64,000 nucleotides of DNA. Origin: Torpedo marmorata. Lineage: Eukaryota. Where the stretch lies: contig OZ360222.1 of assembly GCA_977017645.1 (NCBI GenBank), positions 181,164,001 to 181,228,000 on the forward strand, read 5' to 3'. Each line of letters opens with the position of its first letter. Position 1 is the stretch's first letter. The notes under the pieces were generated by a model. It saw only the letters and a list, made by a program, of their open reading frames with translations. It did not search any database and was not told the DNA's origin. Positions 24,522 to 35,622 of the stretch are shown piece by piece. Made by a program: the position numbers and the translations under genes.

Positions 24522-25039
24522 TACTTTGAAAATTATTTACAGAAATCTTTTGACATTTAAAAATAATGTAAAGTCTCAGAGATGGTTCTCTGACCCCCTT
24601 CGTGTCAAGTCAAAAGCTGTCAAGGTGTTTTGGGGGCGGAGCATCACACGAATGCCCGATGCCTATTTGCTGCTGATGCCTCATTACTCTCCCCAGGGTG
24701 GGGATGGGGGGACATCTTGTTCAGCCCTCTCCCCTGGGTGGGGTATGCAACAAGCATTCATCCCAACAGCACTCCAGAACCTGAAGTGGTGTGAAACACC
24801 TTGAGGTATTCTGTGAAGTGATAAGACACTATATAAATTGGTACCACCTTTCTGAAGCTGTGATCTGCTGTGTATTGGCAGTGACAAAATTTATCACTTA
24901 GGTTAAATATATTATGTGCTAATTTGGTGAACTGATTGCTTGATAAACAGTGTGACTCTTGGTGAGTGTGATCTGATCCACTTGTATCCCTGAGTGCCAT
25001 GGTTAGTTTAGAATGATAATGTTTACGATTTTTAAAAAC

Positions 25040-26113
25040 ATTTAGACATACAGCACGGTAACAGGCCATGAGTCCGTGCCGCCCAATTTACACTCAATTC
25101 ACCTGCACCCCCGGTATGTTTTGAACGGTGGAAGGAAACCGGAGTCCCTGGGGAAAACCCACGCAGACATGGGGAGAATGTACAAACTCCTTACAGACAG
25201 CGCGATTTAATTCAATTCAAAGTAGTTCACAGAGCTCATTACTTGAAATCTTTACTGGCTAAATTTTCATCAAATATATCATCTATGTGTGGTAGATGTC
25301 ATGTTCATGAAGGTACATTATTTGGTTTTGGTTGTGCCCTAAGTTAGTTAGATTTTGGAACAATTTTTTTGTACTCTTTCTTTGGTTTTAGCTACTCAAT
25401 TAGATCCAAATCCATTTATAACAATATTTGGTATAAATGATCCTAGTGATCATGATCTTACTAATAATCAAAAACATGTGATTGCTTTTTCTTCTCTGGT
25501 TGCAAGGCGACAGATCTTGCTAAAATGGAAGGATGGTAATCCTCGTATCTATGAAGATTGGCTATCAAGTTTAATGTCCTACTTAACATTAGAAAAAATT
25601 AGATGTTCAAATATTAAATTAAACCTAAAATTTACTAATATTTGGGGTTCCTTTATTGACTATTATCAGTGTTTATGATTCCTCATGATTTGAAGTTATA
25701 TTATTTCTACAGGTCAGTGCAATTCTGGGGTGGGGGTAGGTGGTAGGCTAGTTTAGATTGCTTTAGCTTTTATAAAAAAATGTATTATGATGAAATTACT
25801 ATATTATCTTTTTTTTGTGGCTTGGTTCTTTTTATACCTATCGGTATTATAATACTAAATTGTAAAGAAAAAAAAATTGATATATATCTGTAATGTATAC
25901 TCTGTTATGGATGGGTTAATGGAACATGTGATAATGCTTTTCTTTGCTTTTTTTTTCTGTAAACGTATATAGTGAATGAACTGTTATATCCATGATTTTA
26001 TGGAATTAATAAAGAGATTTAAAAAAGAAAAAGAAAGACAGCGCGGGATTCGAACCCAGGTTCCGATCGCTGGTGCTGAAATGACATTGCGCTAATCGCT
26101 ACGCCAGCCGTGC
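25040..26113 (-). mobile_element. HE1-like V-SINE split by an L1 insertion
   Basis: SINE body at 25040-25204; the tRNA-like head (GGTTCGAATCC on -) resumes at 26036. Confidence 0.8.
25205..26035 (+). mobile_element. 5'-truncated L1/Tx1-clade LINE with 10-bp TSD
   Basis: ORF2 C-terminus CGRCHVHEGT..WLCPKL...ARRQILLKWK...WGSF, AATAAA plus A-rich tail, and TSD AGACAGCGCG at 25195-25204 and 26036-26045. Confidence 0.85.
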
Positions 26114-26459
26114 AATTAATTACACAGCTGAGAGTGCAGAGTTACAGAGAGATCAGTGTTAAGCGAGGAATGGCAACATTATTTTAAGAGTGTGAGGTTC
26201 GTTCAGGAGTCTGACAACGGCGGGAAAGTTTGTTTGTTTACATTCGTTATCTGTTTACAGTTCTTTTATTTGTTTACATGTTTACGCTGTGTACAGTTTA
26301 TTTTTTGTACTACCAATTAGTGGTAATTCTGCCGTGCCCACAGGAAAAAGGAATCTCAGGGTTGTATGTGATGTCATGTATGTACTCTGACAATAAATCT
26401 GAAAATAAAATAAAATAAATAAAAGTGGGCCAGGGCAAAGAGCTGGGGTGAGAGGTAAA

Positions 26460-26720
26460 CAAGAGAGACTGCAGACACTGGAAAACTGGAGCAACACACA
26501 AAGTGCTGGAGGAACTCAGCGGGTCAGGCAGCGTCCGCGTAAAACAACAGACGGCTGACGTTTAGGACTGAAACCCCTTCATCAGGAATAGCAAGAAATG
26601 GGCAGATGGCCAAATAAAATGTTGGGGGGGGGGCTGGAGGGAGAGGGGGGTGGAGCACAGGTTTGCAAATGATAGATGAATGCAGGTGGGAGGGGGCAAG
26701 GAAGTGAAAAAGAGTGAGAA
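26460..26720 (-). mobile_element. Penelope 3' tail
   Basis: Family tail with CCTGATGAAGGGG...AAACGTC on the - strand. Confidence 0.65.
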
Positions 26721-27059
26721 GCAAGGAGGTGCTAGGAGGAAGAGGCAGAGGGCTGAGGAAGATACACTCTGCGTTGGGGAGGGAGTCGGTTGCTTCTGAA
26801 GTTTGGTGGATCAACAAATCTGAAAGAAACTGTAATATCCAGGCATTGTGTAAATGAGTCGAGTGTTGCTGTCCCCACCATACTTTCACAATGGGCTTCA
26901 GCCACCGCGGCCCTCTGGGTGAAAAGTTCTTTTCTCATTTCCCCTCCAATCATTCCACTAGTGACTTTAAATCCACCTCTCTGCTGTCTGATCCTCTTCT
27001 GAGGAAAATAACCCCTTGCGATTTATGCTGAATTTTAATATAATTTATTTTTTATTTTA

Positions 27060-27315
27060 ATTTAATTTTAATTTAGAGATACAGCACGGTAACAGCCCGC
27101 GCTGCCCAAATACAACCATGTGACCAATTAACCTACTAACCCATATGTCTTTGGAACGTGGGAGGAAACTGGAGCACCCAGAAGAAACCGGAGCACCCGG
27201 AGGAAACCCATGCAGACATGCGAGAACATACAAACTCCTTACAGACAGTGCTGGATTCGAACCAGGGTCGCTGGCACTGTAACAGCATTGTGCTAACCAC
27301 TACACTCACCGTGCT
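27060..27315 (-). mobile_element. HE1-like V-SINE
   Basis: tRNA-like head, V-domain and AT-rich tail. Confidence 0.8.
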
Positions 27316-28344
27316 TTTGCTTCAAGGCTGTAAATCAACTCTGGCCGTTAACATGCTGGGGGAAGTGAGTAAAAGTGACGGAAACAACACTAGAGGCCTC
27401 TTGTGGTTGAGCCAATGCACCCAATTCAATGACAACTGCGAACGTTGACATCTACATGGGCATCAATCACTTCCTCCAAAGAGGCTGGCAGGAACATCCA
27501 CTTTGGACGTAATGCCATCTTTCTCACTGAGGTTGGCAATGATAAAGCAGCAAACAAATAATCAGAAAATCTTTGGCAGAAGTTGTGATGCAATGGAGAG
27601 TAGGGATGGTGGTTATTAGGCAGCATAGTGCATCGTCTAAGGGCTTTAGAGTTACAGAATCATAGAGTAAGGAGAAAGGCCTTTGGCACACCAGGTCAAG
27701 GTAGCTATCTTATGAATGGGTATCTATCAATACTAATCCCATTTAGCAGTACTTAGTGCGTAGCCTACTATGGCTTGGCAATTCAAATGCTTGTCCAGAT
27801 GCTTCTTAAATATTGTGAGGGTGTCTTCCTTCAGAACCTTCTCCAGTGTATGGTTTAAACGCATCCCAATTGACAGTTTTAAAGGCTTTCTCCTGCTTCT
27901 TGTTTGGAGAACCTGACACCATTCTGAATTTGTGTAGCGACGTGAGAAGGGCCTTCATCCTCTTGGGCAAGCGGTGCCTTTCAATTGGATCATAGCTGCT
28001 CTGCACATCCGTACTGTTTCATTACCTTAGCAAGATCGGAAAGGCATGATACTGAAGAACCAGACTGTCTGAACAGGTTAAGGGGGACAGTGGGGAGGAG
28101 AGAGAACAGGTATAGTCAGAGGTGAACTGACCAAAGAAACAAGGTAAACCTCAGTATAAAAGCTGGAGTGTTGGCAGTCTATTGAATTTGAATTTAACTT
28201 ACTGGTTACTTTGGATAAAGCTTTTCTGCAGCATTGTGTTTATTTTTAGTGGTTAAAGCTTGCTTTTTGGTGTTAGATGAACAATTGACTAGATTTGGTT
28301 TTAAAAAAAGACCCTTAAATTATCTCTATAAATAACATAACAAG

Positions 28345-28660
28345 TGGCTGGCTTGGATGTACAGTTAGTTGAGCTGTGTCCTCACAGCACCAGTGACCTG
28401 GTTTCAATCCTGACCTCCAGTGCTGTCTGTGCGGAGTTTGCATGTGTTCCCCCTGTGACCACATGGGTTTACTCCCACATCCCATGGATGGTAGGTTGAT
28501 TGACCACGATAAATTGTTTCTGGTGTGCAGGGGAGTGATAGGAGCTGGTGGGGGAAGTGGTTGAGGTGATGAGAATGAGGGTAGTATAGGAGTGTTGGAA
28601 ATGGGTGGTGGTGGACAGTGCAAACTCATTCAAAGAGCCTGCTACAGTGCTGCGTGTCTC
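28345..28660 (+). mobile_element. V-SINE, degenerate
   Basis: GTTTCAATCC...GGAGTTTGCATGTGTTCCCCTGTGACC. Confidence 0.65.
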
Positions 28661-30944
28661 CGTGACACTTTTAGGCAGGCAGCTTGTGTGTCCATACTGC
28701 AGTATGTGGGAGGGATGGGATTAGATTGGATATCTGTTTTTGTCGATCTTGTCCATATGGATTGAATGGCCTCTTAGTGCACTGTCAACGTCCACATTCC
28801 TCTGATTCGACTTGGTACCTGTGAGGATAGGAATGTTGACGACAGTATCTTGGAGCATGAGGTTGTGGGATGGGTTTTGCTGAATATGCTTTGTTAAAGC
28901 TTTGCACATGAACAGGCAGGGAATGGGGGGATTCGAAACATGTGCTGGTGGATGGGATTACATTGGCATTGTGGTCGATGCAGAAGGGCCTAGTCCTCTT
29001 CTGCACTGTTCTATTTTCTATGTCTTGTGTTCTAAAACTGGGTTTGTTAAGATAGTTTCAGACCAGTCACCATCTCATTGAAAGGTTGGAGTGTCTCAAT
29101 TGATCAAACCTTTGTTCCAACCGTTCTGAATTTCATATCTCTCAATACCCTTTTCAAACAAAAATCTATTCATTACAGTTTCTAAAGCTCCAGAAAGCAT
29201 ATACAGTTCTTTTGGGAGTGTATTGGAGGTGTCTGCTACCTTTTCAGTAAAAATAGTGCTATCTAGTCAGTCTTTAATAACCTTGCAATAATTTAGTGAA
29301 ATATAAACAGAGAATATGGAAATACTCAGCAGATCAGAGAGCATCTGAAGGTGAGAATGGTTAACAATTTAGGTTGATAATTGGTTTTCCCTCTCCATAG
29401 ATGCTGCCTGACCTGCTGATTATTTCCAGTGCTTATTTTGGTTTGAAATTTTGTACATGTATACTCTTATTTCGGATTTCCTTCCCTGGGAAATAGATTC
29501 TCAATTGCTGCGATCATGAATTATCTTAAAAAAATTATATCTATCAGATTGCCTGCAATCTTTTAAGCTACAAAGAAAGCAAAACATGTGCATGCAAGCT
29601 GTCCATATAACACTCTGGGACTCAGTAATATTCTGGTAGGCTTTCATTAATGAGAAAAGTACTGGTGTTCACTCTCATTAGCACAAAGAACTGATGACAG
29701 CTAGAAGTGTCTGCACAGGCACAGTTAAACACAGAAATGTGGAAGATGCTGTCAATTATGCCTGGCCCCAAAGGATGTCAGGCTGCAGTCTCCACAATCT
29801 GTTGCAATCAGTGTGGATTCATGACTCGATGTGAACCTCAAACATTTTTATGCATTGGTTTTGCTGTAAAAGAGAAAAATCATTACTTCTGGTTGAAGGA
29901 GATGCAACTGGGTTTTGATGGCATGGTGCCAGTCAATTGCTCTGGACTCCCCAAAAGATAATTTTGTGTGTGCATGTGTCCGCGTGTGTGTATGCATGTG
30001 TGTGCATGTGTATGTGTGTGTTCATGCTCATGTGAATACTAATTCCCTCACAATAATCGTTTCAATATTTTTAGGAAAATTAATTTAAGCCTTTGTTTAA
30101 AAAAAATTACATTTGCAGCCTTTGCAGATACTTCGATTTTTAAATGTTTAAAATGTTCTAAAAGTTGATGGTTTTCATCATTGTGATTGGCTGCTCAGCC
30201 AGTGTGATGACATCACTATTGCTGGGTGCCACGCGTGCCCTACAGAAGGAGTTTGACATCGCAGAGCCCACTGCAAGTTCCTCTGAGGTCCACTGTTGCT
30301 GTAGGGAAATCTAACCCAATCTACCTCTCCTGAGAAATCATGCCCGCACTAAGCATAACACACCAGACAGGCATGTGGCCAAGGTGCAGCATAACCAAAA
30401 TCTTAATGAGAGTCCCCTGTCCAAACACATGAATCACAGACCCTTAAAGTCAAGCCAGGAGTTGGTATTCATGTACAATCTTGGTCTGAAAGCCACATTT
30501 TGACATGTGTCAAAATATCTTCAGGCTGAGGGGCAGAGGATTGTGCCTTGTTCAAGAACTGTGTCACTGGCGTGTGAGGAATGCTTTATGTCCGAGAACA
30601 TTTATGCACATTAATCAACATCATTAAAACACACAGCATGGCCCAGAGACATGGTATGGGGACTTGTGGGACACTAGTGCTCCACTCTATGCTTTATTAA
30701 ATGAGATACGACTGACTAATTAAAATATGAAGAAATCATGGCCGAGGAGGGAAGAATTGATTTCTTAATTTAATTAATGAAGGATTGATTCAGCTAATGA
30801 CCTGTAAATATATAAGGAAAAAGGCTGAGGAATTAATGTTTCAGTAAATGGTGTTGGTGGGGATGAATGGGGGGAGGGTGCAAGAATTTACCTTTGGTAG
30901 AATGCAAAGGCAATTTCACCAGATCAGTTTCTGGGTTCAGTGTT

Positions 30945-31300
30945 GTACACAAACGTGCTGGAGAAACTCATCAGGTAAAGGGCCTAGGCCCAAATCGTTG
31001 ATTGTGAAACACAAAAGTCGCAGATGCTGTGATTGTAGTAAAAACACAGAAATGCTGTCCATAGGAGGTAAAGATGTATAACCAACGTTTCGGGCCTTAG
31101 CCCTTATTCAAGGCCCGAAATATCGGTATTATATCTTTACCTCCTACGTACGCTGTGAGACCTGTTGAGTTCCTCCAGCATTTCTGTGTTTTTACCAAAT
31201 CGTTGGTTGCCCTTTGCTTCCTATGGACACTGCGTGACCAAATTAGTTTCTCCAGCACATTTGTGTGTTGCTCTTGACCCCAACATCTGTGGAGTGTCTT
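30945..31300. mobile_element. Nested palindromic Penelope-tail elements
   Basis: An inner head-to-head pair at 31001-31194 is flanked by the duplication CCAAATCGTTG inside an older pair. Confidence 0.7.
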
Positions 31301-31589
31301 GTTTAAATGAGTTCAGTGTTGAGTTGGTTGATTTTGATTGAGTGGGAGTTGCATTGGGAAGATGTCCTTGGTCCAGAGGAGGGTGAAAATGAGCCAGAGC
31401 CCCTACCCATGATCCCTTGTTGTGATTTTGTGTCTTAGATGAGCTCATGATTAACCTTATTGAATAACCACAGACTTATTCATGAACTAGTCATGAAAAA
31501 AAATCCAAGGTTTGTCTGATTGTTGCATCACAATAATAGCTCAAATATGACTGTTTGGAAAGCAAAAATAGTGAGACTGTCTAGATATT

Positions 31590-31840
31590 TAAATTATAAA
31601 TGTAGGCATACAGCACGGTAACAGGCCCTTCCAGCCCATGAGCCCATGCTGCCCAAATACACCAATTAACCTACAACCCTCATATGTTTTTGAAGGGTGG
31701 GAGGAAACCAGAGCACCTGGAGGAAACCCATGCAGACAGGGAGAGAACATACAAACACCTTACAGACAGCGCCGGATTCAAACCCGGGTTGCTGGTGCTG
31801 TAATAGCATTGCGCTAACCACTACGCTAACTGTGCTGCCC
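31590..31840 (-). mobile_element. HE1-like V-SINE
   Basis: Similar to 27060-27315. Confidence 0.8.
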
Positions 31841-32364
31841 TACCAATTCTTTCAAGGAACTAGCGACAGACCTGATTTGTTAACTGTTTCTCTTTCCACA
31901 GATGCTGCCTGACTTGCTGAGTAATTTTGGATTTCTGATTTTATTTTAAACCTCAGTGCTGTTCAATGGGTGTTGGTGGTAGAGGTTGTAGATTTGGGAG
32001 ATGTGTCACACTCTCCTTGGTGAGTAACTGCAGGCATTTGGTTGATGTTCCATTCGAGGCAGGAGCTGGATGAATTGAGATTAGTTCTTCACTCTTCAGA
32101 AATTTCAAAGGCCCTCCACAATTTAAAAATCTCTGGCTGGAGTGTGATAAAACACTAGATGTTTCTAGCTTGTGTGGATTCAGCTGCTTGTTGTAACAAA
32201 AGAACTGGAACAAATATGGCTCAGCATTGAACTTATAATGAGTAAGCAAACCATTCAGCTCAACTGCCTTCTGCAGAGCAAGATGACTCCCATTTCTCTC
32301 CACCACCTCTCATCAGTGAACCTTTCTGGACATTTCTCCTGGTTGTTCCCATATCTTGACATTC

Positions 32365-32790
32365 CTCTACTTTCCAAAAAGTCTGAGGAGATTTGGGATG
32401 TTATTGAATACTCTATCAAAATTCTACAGGTGTACTGTGGAAAGAATATTTAATAACATCCCAAATCTCCTCAGACTTTTTGGAAAAGTCACAGCCTTGT
32501 TTGGAAATTTGAGTGCACAAGAATGCGGAAGATTGCAGGAAGTGGCAAACCTAGATCCGTCACAGGCACCAACCTCTTGTCCACTGAAGACATCTATGTG
32601 AGGTGCTCCCTGAACAAGGCAGCCAGCACCATAAAGACCCCCATCACCCCGGTCACAACCTCTTCTCACTACTACCTTGAGGCAGAAGGTACAGAAGTTT
32701 GAAGACCAGCACCTCTATGTTCAAGAACTGTTTTTTTTCCAACAGCTATCAGGCTCTTGAACGCCCCCCATCTATACCAACCATAAACTA
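32365..32790 (+). mobile_element. Rex1/Babar 3' fragment with an internal inverted duplication
   Basis: LYFPKSLRRFGM..TLSKFYRCTVE...TALFGNLSAQECGRLQEVANL. Confidence 0.8.
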
Positions 32791-34039
32791 CTCTGATCAA
32801 TTATTTGCTGACAGGAATGGTAGAATAGTTATATCAATAAAGTAATCTGGATCAGTAATTCACTTGAGGGGAAGTTAGATTCACATAATTCAATAAATCA
32901 CTAATTAAAAAGAGAATATCAGCAAAGATGACCATAAAGCTACCAGATTGTTATAAAACATACAGGAAGTGGCAAATGTTGAGATTGACTGCTGCTGGCA
33001 CACTCTCTTCTCTCTCCTCCTGCCAGGAAGAAGATTCGCAAGCATGAGATCATGCAACGTCAGATTCAAGGACAGTTTCTTCCCGCCTTTATCATTCTCC
33101 TGAATGAGCCTCACACCAATAAAAATAATGTTGCCTTTGTTCTATTCTAACTGATCTCTCTCTGTAACTCTGGGCTGCGTTATTAATTGTGTACTATGTA
33201 TGGGTTGACCTGCTGGACTGCTTGCTAAATGAACTTTCTCACCAGTCCTCGGTACACGTGACAAACTTGAACTTGCATCACAGTCGGCACTGTGTTGGCA
33301 ATGGCTACACAGCAGTTCCAAGAAGGTAAATGGGATTGGGATGGAATGTTTAGAAATAGCAGAATGGGTTCTGAGGAGGGCTTTTCAGCTGTGCAGTTTG
33401 TCGAGGGATGAACTAATCTTGCAAAGCTGAACCCTTGAACAACCAATTGGTATTTTGTTTACTGGCTGTCATCTCCTTCTGGACTCTCTGCTGCAATGGG
33501 CCCCTCTACTGATCTGATTTGACTCCAGTTGTAACAGGTGTCAGGAGTGAAATGGGGAGGCTTAAAGATGAGGTCCAAATGAGATGGCTTGTGGTTCGCT
33601 CAGTCACAAGCATTAGATACTCAGTGAGAAGATCCTCTTCCAGAGTGAGGATCTGTTGATGGCGAAGAACTCGAATTTCAGAAGGGGAGAACTGCATTCG
33701 CTTATGGCTGAAGACAAACTTCAGCCCTTTGGTTTAACTCTGCGTCTGACGCCTCTGCAGTTGTGTGGCTGCCATGGCGATTTACAATAAGAACATGACT
33801 CCCTTCCCTGTCAGAAGGATGGGGTAGCTGTAAACTCTACAGCCACAGGGAGATGTGCAGGGAGAGGTTTTAACAAAGTAAGCAGTGAGCACACCTACCC
33901 TAAAAATCTATTTTTAAGCACAGAAAGTGCTCGAAACACTCAACAAGTCGGACATGTTTTGATGAACAGTCTTTGACCTGAAAAGTTAACTGTTTTTCTC
34001 TTCAGTCTGCTGCCTGTCCTGCTGTGTGTTTCCATATGA

Positions 34040-34522
34040 TGATGAGTTATTGTCATAAACATTATACAATGTACATATGCACCAAAATTCTTACTTGCAG
34101 CCAAACAGGTACATGTAAAGAAAAACTATAATTGTAAACTAAGTAAATTAAATTAAAAGAAACAATAACTTCTGAGATAGATAGTAAATATTCACAGTAA
34201 TTCTAGTGCAAAAAAGTGACACAATGGTGCAGATGGTCCTTTTGTGGTGTCGGAGCAGTCCCTGATCAGTGTAACAAGGGGAGGTTCAAGAGTCTGATAG
34301 CCATTGGAAAGAAACTGTTCTTGAACCTAGAGGTGCTGGTCTTCAGGCTTCTGTACCTTCTGCCCGAAGGTAGCAGTGAGAAGAGATCGTGACCAGGGTG
34401 ATGGGGATCCTTTATAGTACTGGCAGCACCTCTTTGCAATGGATGGAGGTCGGAGCCTGTGATGGACCTGGTGACGTTTGCCACCTTCTGCAGCCTTCTG
34501 TGTTCCTGGGCACTCCAACATG
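34040..34522 (-). mobile_element. Rex1/Babar 3' fragment
   Basis: ORF 34266-34484 reads [37 protein letters not shown]. Confidence 0.8.
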
Positions 34523-34589
34523 ATCAGTTTCTATTTCAGCTTCCCACTGTCTGTAGTTTCTTTGATTTTGAGCTTTTATTAAAGGTAAG

Positions 34590-35175
34590 TGTAAGAGCCG
34601 TAGGCTCGTTAACTTACCGTTGTTGCGGCGCTCCGATGTCTCGGCGGCCCGTTCGGAGCGCTCGCGTTGTCTGTGGGCCGTTCTCGGCCCGTTCTGTGCT
34701 CTGCGCATGCGCTGGAGTGCCGACGGGCGCGTGCGCAGTTTGGAGTGACGTCATTGTGCGCGGTGCAGTCTGGGAGATGTAGTGTGCGCGGTGGACGGTG
34801 CGCAGTGTTATGGGAGCGACGGAGCATGCGCGAATCGGGTAGAGGAGGAAAGGAATAGAATAAAGGAAAGATGGAGATTTAGGAGGGTGAGTGAGATCTC
34901 CATATCTTTATTGACCGTTTTTACAGCGTTTTATAGTGTTTTATAACGTCTTATACATCGTTTTGGAATTGTTTAAAGAATCATTTAAAGAAATTCATCA
35001 TACATCATTTCAAGAACTGTTTATATTGAAGTCATTGAAGATTACTGCAAGTCACGTGTGTAAATAAAGGTTTTAAACATATTGGACTTTCTTGGTAAAT
35101 TAATTAAAACGCGTCAAAGACAAGTATCTCACTTAGCCTCCAGGTGACTATTGTTGGATCGAAGTCACCATAATA
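34590..35175 (+). repeat. 5' LTR
   Basis: TGTAAGAGCC...CACCATAATA; I count about 5 substitutions relative to the 3' LTR. Confidence 0.93.
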
Positions 35176-35622
35176 TAGTCAATAAAGAGGCTGTTTGGAA
35201 CAGAAAATTGAAGGAAAGAAGATAGAATAATCTCTCTGTGCTTTGGACTGATATATAAAATGGTGGCCATCTTGGAGATGCCTCGAGTTGGGGGCAGTTT
35301 GTAATCTACATCCATCTGCCATGAAAAACAGCCAGAGAGGGATTTAAAGCTTCAAATCTTATAATAAAGTGTCCTATAAATACGTTGGAGAAACCATTTT
35401 TGGAAAATCAGTGATATTAGTGATGGATGTTGTGGTTGAAACTCGTTTGTGGATTGCAGCACATTACAGTCATTTGAAGTGGTAGGCATAAGTCTGTGGA
35501 CTCCTTCTGTGTATCTTTAGCAAGTAAGAACACAGATTGGAATTGCTGCCGCTGGTCCATTGGGGACTGTTGTTTGGCTAGTGTTGTGTATGCTTGAAGG
35601 AAAGAGGAACAAGACGAGTAAA

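Noticed and set aside
26040-26113. tRNA-like sequences (also near 27250-27315, 31770-31840 and 63650-63720)
   Set aside because: They are SINE heads attached to V-domain bodies, not tRNA genes.
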